From an uncultured Clostridium sp. (GTDB lineage: Bacteria > Bacillota > Clostridia > Oscillospirales > Acutalibacteraceae): a stretch of DNA of 64,000 bases. The stretch lies in NCBI GenBank assembly GCA_964386035.1, contig CAYLQT010000010.1:14963-78962 (forward strand), written 5' to 3'. A program made the translations under genes and the position numbers. Positions within the stretch are counted from its first letter, which is position 1; every line of letters begins with the position of its first letter. Below the pieces are notes generated by a model. The model worked only from the letters and a program-made list of their open reading frames with translations, made no database searches and was not told the DNA's origin. Below, piece after piece: positions 10,277-20,823 of the stretch.

Positions 10277-12991
10277 TTATATCTCGTCCTCAACCGCCGA
10301 ATTTGACGAAAGAGCACACTTTTCAAGCCATTGTTGCTCGGTTATGAGCACCTGACGGGGCTTACTCCCCTCAAAGGGGCCTATTATTCCGTTTTCCTCA
10401 AGCTCGTCCATGAGCCTTGCGGCACGGGCGTAGCCGAGCTTCAGCTTACGCTGAAGAAGAGTTGTAGACGCCATTTTCGCCTTGACAACGACCTCGACCG
10501 CATTTGGGAACATCTCATCCTTTGGCTCACCGCCGGATTCGCCGCCTTCTGCACCGGTGCCCTTCTTGGCGCTTCCGACTATGCTTGCCTGTCTGTTTAT
10601 CTCATCAATAATATCCTCGTCATATTCAGCCTCGGAATGGTGCTTGATGAAATCGACTACACTCTCAACCTCCTCGTCCGAAATAAAGCAGCCCTGAATA
10701 CGGGTGGGCTTTGACGAGCCGATTGGGTTAAAGAGCATATCGCCGTTGCCGATAAGCTTTTCCGCACCCTGCATATCGAGTATAATTCTCGAATCTATCG
10801 AGGATGAGACGGAGAGTGCGATTCGGCTCGGGATATTCGCCTTGATAATACCGGTGATAACATCGGTTGACGGGCGCTGTGTGGCAATGACAAGGTGCAT
10901 ACCTGCAGCACGTGCCATCTGAGCAAGTCGACAGATAGCGTCCTCGACCTCATTGGGTGCTACCATCATAAGGTCGGACAGCTCATCGATGAATATCACT
11001 ATCTGATGCATGGGCTTGAGCGACTTGTCGATTTGGCAAAGCTTGTTATAGCCCTTTATGTCACGGACATTCTTTTCGGAGAATATCTTATATCTGTTGT
11101 TCATCTCATTGACCGCCCAGGTCAGTGCGCCCGAAGCCTTTCTCGGGTCTGAAACAACGGGGACAGCGAGATGGGCAATGCCGTTATAGACAGTAAATTC
11201 AACCTGTTTGGGGTCGATCATCAGAAGCTTCACTTCATCGGGTGTGGCGTTATAAAGAAGGCTCACTATCATCGTGTTAATGCACACCGACTTACCCGAG
11301 CCGGTAGTACCTGCTATGAGCAGATGCGGCATCTTGGCAAGGTCGGCGCAGATGATATTACCTGCTATATCTTTGCCGAGTGCAACATTGAGCTTGCTCG
11401 AGGCATTTTGGAAATTCGGAGTTTCGATTATCTCACGCATATAGACCATCGAGCGCAGCTTATTGGGAACCTCTATGCCTATTGCCGCCTTGTTCGGAAT
11501 AGGTGCTTCTATTCTTATGCCCGAAGCGGCAAGGCGAAGCGCTATATCATCGGCAAGGTTTGTTATCTTGTTTATTCTGACACCGGCATCGGGTAAAAGC
11601 TCGTAACGAGTAACCGACGGGCCTCGGCTGATTTCGGTTATCTTTGCGTGAACATTGAAGCTCTCGAGCGTATCGAGCAGCTTTTGTGCATTTGCCTTGA
11701 GCTCACCCGAGTAATTCTCATTGCCATCCGACACAGGCTGTGTCAGGCAGCTTATGGGCGGCTTACGATATGTCACAGCAGGCTCTTCGGACAAAACATC
11801 ATCTTCATCGATTTCCTGCTCCGCAACCTTTTCCGGTTTTTCCGGCTCAATGGGCTCGGGAATCGGCTCCTCGCTTTTCGGCTCAAGCTTTGTTACCGGA
11901 GCGGACTTTTTCTTTGATTCTTTCTGCTCTTTCTTTGAAATATCAAGTATTTCAAGCTCGTCCTCTGCACTTTCAGTTGGCAGAGGCGGCACGAATGACG
12001 GACTTTTCGGCTCTCTGTGAACAGGCTTTATCGGCTCGCTCGGCACAGGCTGAGTCATACTGCTTATAACATCATCAATAGCCTTAGACTGTTCCTCGGC
12101 ATTTATCGGCTTGCGTGGGAACACAGTCGGCTCGGGGCCTTCCTCAACAGGCTGTTTTTTACGCTGCTTCGGGGACTCAACGGGAGAGTCGGTAGGCAGC
12201 TCCGGCACAGGGAACGGACGGGGGCTGACGTAGGGCTCCTCGACAACCGGCTTTTTGCGTGAATCTCTCGAAGGTGCCCTCTCCTGCTCACGCTTTTCTC
12301 TTGCACGCTGTGCGTTTCGCTCAAGGCGCTCGTTGGTGTCCTCACTCATACGCTTTAACGGCTTTGCTATACCCATACCGAGGCGAGAAAGTGTAAGTCC
12401 CGTCATAAACATAAGGCTGACAACGATTGCGATTATATTGATTATCGCCGCTCCTACCTTGCCGGCGAGCATTGACAGCGTTCCACCGAGAAGTGCGCCC
12501 AAAACGCCCTCATTCGGAAAAATATCGGCACTGTTCCATGCACTCTTTATCTGATCACCGAGAGAGACGGTTGAAAGATAGTCGGCAGGATTTGCGAAAA
12601 TATGTATCGCAGAGCAGACAAGCAAAATGAATATACCGCCGCCGATAAGGTTTGAGGTTATCGAACCGAGTGTCTTATCCATAGCGAGCTTGACGGAAAC
12701 ATATATAAGCATAAGCGGCCAGACATATGTACCCGTTCCAAACACGCCGAACATAAAATTATGCACGGCAAGCCATGCGCTCTCGCCCTCGATAAACGCC
12801 ATTGCCATGAGCAAAACCGCAAGAGCCATAAGCCCTATCGCCGTTTTCTGGCGGCGTGAGGTTATCTGCTCCTCGGTAAGCTCACGCTCGACAGGCTCGG
12901 GGGCAGTCTGCTTTTTGGCAGGTGATTTTTTAGTTGTTGTTGCTTTCTTCTTTGCGGCGGATGACTTTGCCGCAGTCTTTTTTGCAGCCAC
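10277..12991 (-). CDS. ftsK: FtsK/SpoIIIE DNA translocase
   Basis: N-terminal TMs, P/E-rich linker, [31 protein letters not shown], gamma domain [10 protein letters not shown]. Confidence 0.96.
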   Translation of the reverse strand: MAAKKTAAKSSAAKKKATTTKKSPAKKQTAPEPVERELTEEQITSRRQKTAIGLMALAVLLMAMAFIEGESAWLAVHNFMFGVFGTGTYVWPLMLIYVSVKLAMDKTLGSITSNLIGGGIFILLVCSAIHIFANPADYLSTVSLGDQIKSAWNSADIFPNEGVLGALLGGTLSMLAGKVGAAIINIIAIVVSLMFMTGLTLSRLGMGIAKPLKRMSEDTNERLERNAQRAREKREQERAPSRDSRKKPVVEEPYVSPRPFPVPELPTDSPVESPKQRKKQPVEEGPEPTVFPRKPINAEEQSKAIDDVISSMTQPVPSEPIKPVHREPKSPSFVPPLPTESAEDELEILDISKKEQKESKKKSAPVTKLEPKSEEPIPEPIEPEKPEKVAEQEIDEDDVLSEEPAVTYRKPPISCLTQPVSDGNENYSGELKANAQKLLDTLESFNVHAKITEISRGPSVTRYELLPDAGVRINKITNLADDIALRLAASGIRIEAPIPNKAAIGIEVPNKLRSMVYMREIIETPNFQNASSKLNVALGKDIAGNIICADLAKMPHLLIAGTTGSGKSVCINTMIVSLLYNATPDEVKLLMIDPKQVEFTVYNGIAHLAVPVVSDPRKASGALTWAVNEMNNRYKIFSEKNVRDIKGYNKLCQIDKSLKPMHQIVIFIDELSDLMMVAPNEVEDAICRLAQMARAAGMHLVIATQRPSTDVITGIIKANIPSRIALSVSSSIDSRIILDMQGAEKLIGNGDMLFNPIGSSKPTRIQGCFISDEEVESVVDFIKHHSEAEYDEDIIDEINRQASIVGSAKKGTGAEGGESGGEPKDEMFPNAVEVVVKAKMASTTLLQRKLKLGYARAARLMDELEENGIIGPFEGSKPRQVLITEQQWLEKCALSSNSAVEDEI

Positions 12992-13030
12992 TTAAGGCCC
13001 TCCTTTAGTGCTTTTGACCTCCGAGAGATC

Positions 13031-13906
13031 TTACGAAATTGCATATTTTTGAAGTACATCGGCCACTATTACCAAAACGCCGAGAGCGAGGCAGTAATAG
13101 CCGAAAATTTTAAATTTATCGACTCTAACGAGCCATTCGAGCAGCTTTATTGCCGCAAATCCGACAACGGCGGCAGTGACAACGCCGAGCAAAACCGGCA
13201 CAATTTCTATCTGCTCACCGAGTGCGGCGGCATCCTTCAGCTCGAGGACATTTGCCGCAAGTATCGCCGGAATACCGAGAATAAAGGAATAGCGAACCAT
13301 ATATTCCTTGGACACTCCGCAAAGCATACCGACCGAAACCGTTGAACCTGAGCGTGATACGCCCGGAAAGCCTGCCGCAAAAAGCTGGGCAACGCCGACA
13401 CAAAACGCGGATTTTGTGTTGATCTGCGAGACGGCTCCTCCTTTTTCGGCACGACGAGAGCCTGCAAGCAAGAGCACTGCGGTGGCGACAAAGCAAACGC
13501 CCTCAACAAAAATATCGCCGTCACTGCAAAGTGAACCGAGGACATCGAAAAGCCGTCTGTCCTGCGAAACAGGAACTAGCAAAACGAGCAGCGGCAAACA
13601 GGATATGACAAACATAAAAAGCATCCGCCTGTTTTCGTTCATCTCTTTCCACTTGAAATACCCCGTGAAGATGTCACGAACGGTCTTAAAAAACTCTGAC
13701 GCAAGCTCTATGAGCGTATCGCAATATGCGGCAACGACCGCCGCCAAAGTACCTATATGTAACAGCACGGTGAACATTAGCGAATCCGTGCCGCCGACAC
13801 TGCCGAAAAAATGCTGAAACACCGAAAGATGTCCGCTCGACGATATAGGAAGAAATTCCGTAACGCCCTGCAAAAAGCCCAACAATACTGCCTTCAAAAG
13901 CTCCAT
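13031..13906 (-). CDS. uppP: undecaprenyl-diphosphate phosphatase
   Basis: GFLQGVTEFLPISSSGHL, PGVSRSGST; start reassigned to MELLKAV. Confidence 0.93.
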   Translation of the reverse strand: MELLKAVLLGFLQGVTEFLPISSSGHLSVFQHFFGSVGGTDSLMFTVLLHIGTLAAVVAAYCDTLIELASEFFKTVRDIFTGYFKWKEMNENRRMLFMFVISCLPLLVLLVPVSQDRRLFDVLGSLCSDGDIFVEGVCFVATAVLLLAGSRRAEKGGAVSQINTKSAFCVGVAQLFAAGFPGVSRSGSTVSVGMLCGVSKEYMVRYSFILGIPAILAANVLELKDAAALGEQIEIVPVLLGVVTAAVVGFAAIKLLEWLVRVDKFKIFGYYCLALGVLVIVADVLQKYAIS

Positions 13907-13919
13907 AGTTCTCCCCTTT

Positions 13920-14132
13920 TCACTGCGTCCTCCACGGCTCACTGTACGGTGCTCCGGGAAAGTAGCACGGCTTGAGATAATCAAACGGATCTGTGGAAAT
14001 GAGCCTTTCGACTTCTGTATTTTTGCCGTTTTTGCGGCAAATGACACTGCCGCAGGGGATTTTGTATTCTTGCATATTGCATGGAGGCTCGAGAAAAATC
14101 TCGGCCGGAGAGACGACTGTATAGAGCATCAC
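13920..14132 (-). CDS. ylzJ: YlzJ-like protein
   Basis: MLYTV.S...IF...VERLISTDPFDYL...PG pattern; 4-bp overlap with tepA as in conserved tepA-ylzJ-spoIIIE synteny. Confidence 0.75.
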   Translation of the reverse strand: MMLYTVVSPAEIFLEPPCNMQEYKIPCGSVICRKNGKNTEVERLISTDPFDYLKPCYFPGAPYSEPWRTQ

Positions 14133-14893
14133 CCGTCTGCCCCCTCTTTTTCCATCTCCCGTTGCTCTATCATATCGCAGAGCTTATCGAGAGCATCGGA
14201 AAGCGAACCGAGGGAATCTATAAGTCCCTCCTTGACCGCCGCCTCGCCGTCGAGCACGGTGCCGACATCCATCACGAGCTGACCGGTTGCAAGCATAAGC
14301 TCACGGAATCGGTCTGCGGAGATTCTCGAATTATCCGCAACAAAGCGAACTATTCTCTCCTGCATCTGCTCAAAATATGACATGGTCTGCGGCACGCCGA
14401 GGACAAGCCCTGTCATTCTCACGGGATGCACGGTCATAGTCGCACTCGGTGCAATAAACGAATAAGCCGACGATGCCGCAAGTGGCACACCTATCGAATG
14501 TCCGCCGCCGAGCACCAGCGACACGGTAGGCGTTTTCATTCCTGCTATCAGCTCGGCTATTGCGAGACCTGCCTCAATATCGCCGCCGACTGTGTTGAGA
14601 ATTATCAGCAATCCGTCGATATCACGGCTTTCCTCTATCGCCACGAGCTGCGGTATAACATGCTCATACTTGGTAGTCTTATTCTGTGCAGGCAGGACAT
14701 AATGCCCCTCTATCTGCCCTATCACAGTCAGGCAATGAATATAATGACCACGCTTATCAACGGTTATCGAACCTGTTTCGACTATCTGCCGAAGCTCCCT
14801 GTCGGTGCTGTCACTGCCGGAATCGTCCTCGCTCACGCTCGGTGTAGGCTCTATAGGTTCGAGGATGCTATCCTCTTTCTTTTTACCGCTCAT
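14129..14893 (-). CDS. tepA: ClpP-like protease TepA (translocation-enhancing protein)
   Basis: IGQIEGH..LP.QNKTTKYEHVIPQL, NTVGGDIEAGLAIAE, GGHSIGVPLA, TVHPVRM; RBS AAGGAG. Confidence 0.88.
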   Translation of the reverse strand: MSGKKKEDSILEPIEPTPSVSEDDSGSDSTDRELRQIVETGSITVDKRGHYIHCLTVIGQIEGHYVLPAQNKTTKYEHVIPQLVAIEESRDIDGLLIILNTVGGDIEAGLAIAELIAGMKTPTVSLVLGGGHSIGVPLAASSAYSFIAPSATMTVHPVRMTGLVLGVPQTMSYFEQMQERIVRFVADNSRISADRFRELMLATGQLVMDVGTVLDGEAAVKEGLIDSLGSLSDALDKLCDMIEQREMEKEGADG

Positions 14894-14968
14894 CAAAGTC
14901 ACTCCTTTGATAAACAGTATTTCCGAAAAGTCGTCGATGATTCGGCTTTTAATGCACAATACCACTTA

Positions 14969-14997
14969 ATTATAACACGACAAGTCGAAACGGGCAA
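14969..14997 (-). promoter_or_regulatory. sigmaA promoter for tepA operon
   Basis: TTGCCC-N17-TATAAT with TG extended -10. Confidence 0.55.
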
Positions 14998-15070
14998 TAA
15001 AAATTTACACATATATGAAAACAACCTATAAATATGTAGATATATACTAATATATTTGGCATACCGCACC

Positions 15071-15099
15071 TTGACAAAAAGGATAGATTGCAATAAAAT
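15071..15099 (+). promoter_or_regulatory. sigmaA promoter for aconitase-icd
   Basis: TTGACA-N17-TAAAAT. Confidence 0.7.
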
Positions 15100-15134
15100 T
15101 TATAGGTAATTTAATTTATAACGGAGGGATATAA

Positions 15135-17069
15135 GTGGGCAGCACTATTGCACAGAAGCTTATAAAAAGCCATCTGCTCAGCGGTGACATGACCGTTGGC
15201 AGCGAGATCGGTTTGAAAATCGATCAAACTCTTACACAGGATGCCACGGGAACCATGGCATACCTCGAATTTGAGGCTATGGGTGTCGAGCGTGTCAAGA
15301 CCGAGCTTTCGGTAGCTTACATTGACCACAACACATTGCAGACCGGCTTTGAAAACGCAGACGATCACAGATTCATCAGAAGCGCAGCAAAAAAGAGAGG
15401 ACTGCTTTTCTCTCGTCCCGGAAACGGCATCTGCCATCAGGTACACCTTGAGCGTTTCGGCATACCCGGTAAGACCCTTATCGGCTCCGACAGCCACACT
15501 CCGACAGGCGGCGGCATCGGTATGCTTTCGTTCGGCGCAGGCGGCCTTGATGTTGCGGTTGCTATGGGCGGCGGCGCATACTACATTACTATGCCTAAGA
15601 TGGTCAGAATAAACCTGCACGGCGCACTTTCTCCGTGGGTCAGTGCAAAGGATATTATCCTCGAGGTTCTCCGCATAATGTCCGTCAAGGGCGGTGTGGG
15701 CAAGATAATCGAATACGGCGGAGACGGCGTTAAGACTCTCTCCGTCCCCGAGCGTTCCACTATCACCAACATGGGCACAGAGCTCGGTGCAACCACCTCG
15801 GTATTCCCCTCCGATGAAATAACCAAAGCTTTCCTTGCCGCTCAGGGCAGAGAGCAGGATTGGGTTGAAGTAAAGGCAGACGACGATGCGGTTTACGACG
15901 AGGTTATCGACATTGATCTTGCCGCTCTCGAGCCGCTTGCCGCTATGCCCCATATGCCCGACAATGTTAAGAAGGTTTCAGAAATAGGAGAGATAAAGGT
16001 CGATCAGGTTTGCATCGGCTCCTGCACCAATTCTTCGCTTTACGATATGCTCAAGGTTGCCGCAATTCTCAAGGGCAAGCGTGTTGCTCCGAGCGTGAGT
16101 CTCACCATCTCCCCCGGCTCAATGCAGGTGTTGAGAATGCTCTCCGAGTGTGGCGCACTTTCCGACATTCTCGGCTCGGGTGCAAGACTGCTCGAGTGTG
16201 CCTGCGGCCCGTGCATTGGTATGGGTCAGTCGCCCAACTCCGGTGCTGTCTCCCTGCGTACCTTTAACCGTAACTTTGAGGGTCGCTCCGGCACTGCCGA
16301 TGCAGGCGTTTATCTTGTCAGCCCCGAGGTTGCCGCAGCTTCCGCTCTGACAGGCGTGCTGACAGACCCGAGAACTCTCGGTGCTGCTCCGAGCATTTTG
16401 ATGCCCGATCACTTTGAGATAAACGACAATCTCATTGACAAGCCCGCATCTCCCGAGGAGGCAAAGGAGCTTGAAATTGTATACGGCCCGAACATAAAGC
16501 CCGTCCCCAACGGCGATGCACTGCCCGAAAATATCGAGGCAGAGGTTGTGCTCAAGGTTGGAGACAACATCACCACCGACCACATCATGCCGGCAGGTGC
16601 AAAGATACTCCCCTACCGTTCAAATGTACCGTTCCTGTCAAACTTCTGTTTTAAGCAGTGCGACGAAAACTTTGCAGAGCACTGCAAAAAGGCAGGCAAG
16701 GGTATCATAATCGGCGGTACAAACTACGGTCAGGGCTCTTCCAGAGAGCACGCCGCTCTCGTTCCGCTCTACCTCGGCATAAAGAGCGTTATCACAAAGT
16801 CCTTCGCACGCATACATCAGGCAAACCTCATAAACGCAGGTATTATGCCGTTCACATTTGCAGATCCTGCCGACTATGACCGCATCGACACGGGCGACAA
16901 ACTCATGCTCGAGGATATCAGAAGCACGATAGAAAACGGCAGCGAGGCTGTTCTCAAGAACGAGACTAAGGGCGAGAGCTATAAGCTTTGCTACAGCTTC
17001 TCCGGCAGACAGAAGGACATCATCCTCGCCGGAGGACTGCTCAACTACACAAGAGAATCACATAAATAA
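15135..17069 (+). CDS. aconitate hydratase (compact single-chain type)
   Basis: GTG start with GGAGG RBS; DHNTLQ, GICHQVH, GSDSHT, IGSCTNSS, CGPCIGMG, NRNFEGRSG, ITTDHIMP, NYGQGSSREHAA. Confidence 0.92.
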   Translation: MGSTIAQKLIKSHLLSGDMTVGSEIGLKIDQTLTQDATGTMAYLEFEAMGVERVKTELSVAYIDHNTLQTGFENADDHRFIRSAAKKRGLLFSRPGNGICHQVHLERFGIPGKTLIGSDSHTPTGGGIGMLSFGAGGLDVAVAMGGGAYYITMPKMVRINLHGALSPWVSAKDIILEVLRIMSVKGGVGKIIEYGGDGVKTLSVPERSTITNMGTELGATTSVFPSDEITKAFLAAQGREQDWVEVKADDDAVYDEVIDIDLAALEPLAAMPHMPDNVKKVSEIGEIKVDQVCIGSCTNSSLYDMLKVAAILKGKRVAPSVSLTISPGSMQVLRMLSECGALSDILGSGARLLECACGPCIGMGQSPNSGAVSLRTFNRNFEGRSGTADAGVYLVSPEVAAASALTGVLTDPRTLGAAPSILMPDHFEINDNLIDKPASPEEAKELEIVYGPNIKPVPNGDALPENIEAEVVLKVGDNITTDHIMPAGAKILPYRSNVPFLSNFCFKQCDENFAEHCKKAGKGIIIGGTNYGQGSSREHAALVPLYLGIKSVITKSFARIHQANLINAGIMPFTFADPADYDRIDTGDKLMLEDIRSTIENGSEAVLKNETKGESYKLCYSFSGRQKDIILAGGLLNYTRESHK

Positions 17070-17083
17070 GAGAGGGAAAAAAC

Positions 17084-18253
17084 ATGACAGAAGCACAGGT
17101 TCAAAACGCTGTTGAAAAGTTTGAAGCACTTATCCGTGCTCAGAGCGAGCGTTCGGATAAGATAAAGGCACAGGGCGATTTCATCGACTTTGATTCGCTC
17201 GACAAGATAATAATCGGCGTATGCGGCGGCGACGGTATCGGCCCCGTTATCACCAAGGAATCCGCAAGAGTTCTTGAGTATCTGCTTGCCGACAAGGTAA
17301 AGGCGGGAAAAGTGGAATTCAAGGTCATTGACGGTCTTACCATTGAAAATCGAGTAAAGGCAAACAAAGCCATCCCCGACGATGTTCTTGAGGAGCTCAA
17401 GGGCTGCCATGTTATCCTCAAAGGCCCGACCACCACTCCCCAGGCAGGCGATCCGTGGCCGAACATTGAGAGTGCAAACGTTGCAATGAGAAAGGCTCTT
17501 GACCTGTTTGCAAACCTGCGCCCCGTCAAGGTTCCCGAGCAGGGCATTGACTGGACTTTCTTCCGTGAGAACACCGAAGGTGCTTACGCAGTAGGTTCAA
17601 TGGGTGTCAACGTAACAGACGATCTCGCACTTGACTTTGTTGTTACCACCACCGAGGGCTGTGACAGAATCGCTAGACTTGCCTACGACTACGCACGCCG
17701 CAACAACAAGGAGCGTGTTTCGATAATCACAAAGGCAAACGTCATCAAGACTACAGACGGCAAATTCCTCAACCTCTGCAAGAAGGTTGGTGAGGAATAT
17801 CCCGAGATAATCACGGACGAGTGGTACATTGACATCACCACCGCAAAGCTCATCGATGAGAAGCGCCGCCGTGACTTCAAGGTATTCATTCTCCCCAACC
17901 TCTACGGCGACATTATCACAGACGAGGCCGCTGAGTTCCAGGGCGGTGTCGGCACTGCCGGCAGTGCGAACATAGGCAAGCGTTACGCTATGTTCGAGGC
18001 TATCCACGGTTCTGCTCCGAGAATGGTTCGTGAGGGCAGAGCACAGTATGCAGACCCCTGCTCCATGCTCAGAGCAAGCGTTATGCTCCTCTCCCACATC
18101 GGTGAGCAGGAGAAGGCCGATCTGCTTGAGAGAGCACTTGACATCTGCATGTATGACGAGAAGAAGCTCAAGATAACCGGCCGTGATGACGGCTGCACTT
18201 GCAGCGAGTTCGGTGACTATGTTATGGAGACAGTCAAGAAGATAAGCGAATAA
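17084..18253 (+). CDS. icd: isocitrate dehydrogenase (isocitrate/isopropylmalate dehydrogenase family)
   Basis: GDGIGP, SANVAMRKALDLFANLRP, RENTEGAY, KANVIK, PNLYGDIITDEAA, FEAIHGSAP; operon with aconitase. Confidence 0.8.
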   Translation: MTEAQVQNAVEKFEALIRAQSERSDKIKAQGDFIDFDSLDKIIIGVCGGDGIGPVITKESARVLEYLLADKVKAGKVEFKVIDGLTIENRVKANKAIPDDVLEELKGCHVILKGPTTTPQAGDPWPNIESANVAMRKALDLFANLRPVKVPEQGIDWTFFRENTEGAYAVGSMGVNVTDDLALDFVVTTTEGCDRIARLAYDYARRNNKERVSIITKANVIKTTDGKFLNLCKKVGEEYPEIITDEWYIDITTAKLIDEKRRRDFKVFILPNLYGDIITDEAAEFQGGVGTAGSANIGKRYAMFEAIHGSAPRMVREGRAQYADPCSMLRASVMLLSHIGEQEKADLLERALDICMYDEKKLKITGRDDGCTCSEFGDYVMETVKKISE

Positions 18254-18262
18254 GTAAAAGGC

Positions 18263-18295
18263 AAAGCCCCCGTACCAGCATACGGGGGCTTTTTT
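18263..18295 (+). terminator. terminator of aconitase-icd
   Basis: AAAGCCCCCGTA-CCAGCA-TACGGGGGCTTTTTT. Confidence 0.85.
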
Positions 18296-18322
18296 ATCGC
18301 AACAATCGTTTGTGAGAAATGC

Positions 18323-18360
18323 AAAACCGCTCGAGGAGCCAAAACTCTTCGGGCGGTTTT
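18323..18360 (-). terminator. terminator of pcrA (possibly bidirectional)
   Basis: AAAACCGCTCGAGGAG-CCAAAA-CTCTTCGGGCGGTTTT stem. Confidence 0.7.
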
Positions 18361-18372
18361 ATTGATTTGTTA

Positions 18373-20814
18373 TTAGCTATCGATTTTTTCGAGCTTTGCG
18401 TAGTTAGCCATTATCTTCTTTGTACCGACCTTATCGAAAGCGATTTCAAGCATGGTATCGTTGGCCATCTTTTGCAGACTGAGTATAACACCTGTGCCGT
18501 ATGCCTTATGCTTGACACTCTCACCGACCGAATAGGTCTGTGCCGAGGCGGCGGGCTTCTTTGCGGTGCCGGATGAGAAGCCGCCCGAGAAGCCGGATTT
18601 TGACGAAAATCCGGTTGCTGATTTGGTGGGTATAGAACCCGAGGCTCTTGACGCCGACGGCTTTACAAAGCCCTTTTGAGCGTTATTTTGACGTTGCCCA
18701 ATACCGTAGGTTCTATAGGAATTAGCCCTCGCTCCCCTTACATCAAGCAGCTCATCGGGGATCTCCTCAACAAACCTTGACGGGCGGTTGCGGTTCGTCA
18801 TTCCGTAGAGCATACGGGTGGAGGCACAGGAGATACAAAGCTTTTTCTTCGCTCTCGTAATTGCAACATAGGCAAGTCTGCGTTCCTCCTCGATGTTCTC
18901 CGGCTCGTAGAGTATCGTCTGCATTCCCGGGAAAATTCCCTCCTCCATACCGACAATAAAGACATTCGGGAACTCAAGACCCTTGGCGGAATGTATAGTC
19001 ATCATAACGACCGCCTGCGTTTGGGAGTTGTAGTTATCAATATCCGTCAAAAGTGCAGTCTCCTGCAAAAATCCGTTGAGGTCGCCATCGGGATTCTCCT
19101 CGCAATAGCGTCTTATATTGTTACCGAGCTCGGCAAGGTTCGCCACTCGCTCCTGATAACTTTCCGGCTCGTTCGCAAGTGAAAGCGTATAGCCCGTTTC
19201 ATCGAGAATAACACCGAGCAGGTCATAGAGCGGCATGGTATCAAGTCTTTCACGGAACGAATCAATAAGCTTGCCGAAAGTCATAAGCTTTGACGAGGCT
19301 CTTGAAAGCTTGGCATACTGATCTGCCGAGCGGATAACCTCAAAAGGTTCAACTCCGAGGCCTGCGGAAATTTCAAAGAGGGCATTGAGCGATGTATCGC
19401 CTATTCCCCTCTTAGGCTCGTTGATTATTCTTCTGAGCCTTATCTCGTCTGCGGTGTTGTTGACGAGATAGAGATAAGCCATGGCATCCTTTATCTCTTT
19501 ACGGTCATAGAATCTGTGACCGCCTATCATTCTGTACGGCACGCCGCTTCTGATAAACGACTGCTCGAGCAAGTTCGACTGGGCATTCATTCTATAGAGA
19601 ATCGCATGGTCGTTCCAGCCGTCGCCCGCCGCAACATTTGACATTATCTTATCCGCAACATAGCGGCTCTCGCCCATTTCATCCTCGGCGGTGTAAAACT
19701 CTATTTTTGTGCCCTCTCCGTTATTCGTCCAGAGGTTTTTGCCCTTACGCTGTTCGTTGTGTGCGATAACCGCATTGGCGGCATCAAGGATAGTCTGAGT
19801 TGAGCGATAATTCTGCTCAAGGCGAATGACCTTGGCAGTCTTATACTGCTTTTCAAAGCTCAAAATATTCTCTATCGTTGCACCTCTGAAGCGGTAGATA
19901 CTCTGATCGTCATCACCGACAACACAGAGGTTTCCGTGGCTCTGAGCGAGCAGAGAGGTCAGCACATACTGTGCGTGGTTGGTATCCTGATACTCATCGA
20001 CCATTATGTATTTAAAGCGATTTTGATAATATTCACGGGTATCGGGGCAGGTTCTCAGGAGCTTTACCATATTGACTATCAAATCGTCAAAGTCCATGGC
20101 ATCGGCTTTTTTGAGGAATCTTTGATACTCCTCGTAGACCTCACCTATCTTTTTAAGGCGAATATCCGCCTGATTCTGAGCAATAAACTCAGAGGGTGAA
20201 ACAAGCTCATCCTTGGCACGGCTTATCTCGGAGAGCACCGACTTTACCGGAATCATCTTCTCGTCATAGCCGAGCTTCTTTATACACTCCTTGGCGGCTC
20301 GCTTGGAGTCGTCCGAATCATATATGGTGAAATTATGTGTATAGCCTATTTCATCGGCATGGCGGCGCAAAATCTTGGCACAGGTCGAGTGGAATGTGCT
20401 TGCCCACACATCGTTGCCGCTCTCACCGAGTGCCTTGCAGATACGCTCTTTAAGCTCGCCTGCCGCTTTATTTGTGAATGTTATGGCAAGAATCTGCCAC
20501 GGCTTTGCGGGGCGAACGCTCAGAAGATCCTCCGCCTCAAAAAAGCTCTCATCGCCGCCGAGATATGCCTCGAGCAGTTCCTCATCCCCTTCTCGCAGAG
20601 GACGGGAAAAATCGGAGGAATAGTATGCCTCACCGTATTTGACAAGATTTACAATACGGTTGACGAGCACTGTGGTTTTGCCGCTGCCGGCTCCTGCAAG
20701 TACCAAAAGCGGTCCTTTGGTAGCAAGGACCGCTTCAAGCTGCATATCATTCATCCGACTGAAGTCTTTTTTGATTATCTGCTGTCTTAAAGAAATCAGT
20801 TTTTCTAAATTCAT
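18373..20814 (-). CDS. pcrA: ATP-dependent DNA helicase PcrA (UvrD family)
   Basis: LAGAGSGKT, ITFTNKAA, VDEYQDTN, VGDDDQSIYRFRGA, LEQNYRS, MTIHSAKGLEF, EEERRLAYVAITRA, Tudor-like C-terminus. Confidence 0.96.
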   Translation of the reverse strand: MNLEKLISLRQQIIKKDFSRMNDMQLEAVLATKGPLLVLAGAGSGKTTVLVNRIVNLVKYGEAYYSSDFSRPLREGDEELLEAYLGGDESFFEAEDLLSVRPAKPWQILAITFTNKAAGELKERICKALGESGNDVWASTFHSTCAKILRRHADEIGYTHNFTIYDSDDSKRAAKECIKKLGYDEKMIPVKSVLSEISRAKDELVSPSEFIAQNQADIRLKKIGEVYEEYQRFLKKADAMDFDDLIVNMVKLLRTCPDTREYYQNRFKYIMVDEYQDTNHAQYVLTSLLAQSHGNLCVVGDDDQSIYRFRGATIENILSFEKQYKTAKVIRLEQNYRSTQTILDAANAVIAHNEQRKGKNLWTNNGEGTKIEFYTAEDEMGESRYVADKIMSNVAAGDGWNDHAILYRMNAQSNLLEQSFIRSGVPYRMIGGHRFYDRKEIKDAMAYLYLVNNTADEIRLRRIINEPKRGIGDTSLNALFEISAGLGVEPFEVIRSADQYAKLSRASSKLMTFGKLIDSFRERLDTMPLYDLLGVILDETGYTLSLANEPESYQERVANLAELGNNIRRYCEENPDGDLNGFLQETALLTDIDNYNSQTQAVVMMTIHSAKGLEFPNVFIVGMEEGIFPGMQTILYEPENIEEERRLAYVAITRAKKKLCISCASTRMLYGMTNRNRPSRFVEEIPDELLDVRGARANSYRTYGIGQRQNNAQKGFVKPSASRASGSIPTKSATGFSSKSGFSGGFSSGTAKKPAASAQTYSVGESVKHKAYGTGVILSLQKMANDTMLEIAFDKVGTKKIMANYAKLEKIDS

Positions 20815-20823
20815 ATTACACCT

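Noticed and set aside
13907-14047. N-terminal extensions in ORF-track calls (uppP, tepA, DUF5711-like, class II aldolase, mazF, ecfA1)
   Set aside because: Downstream starts have proper RBS and match family N-termini; extensions overlap neighbouring genes or promoters
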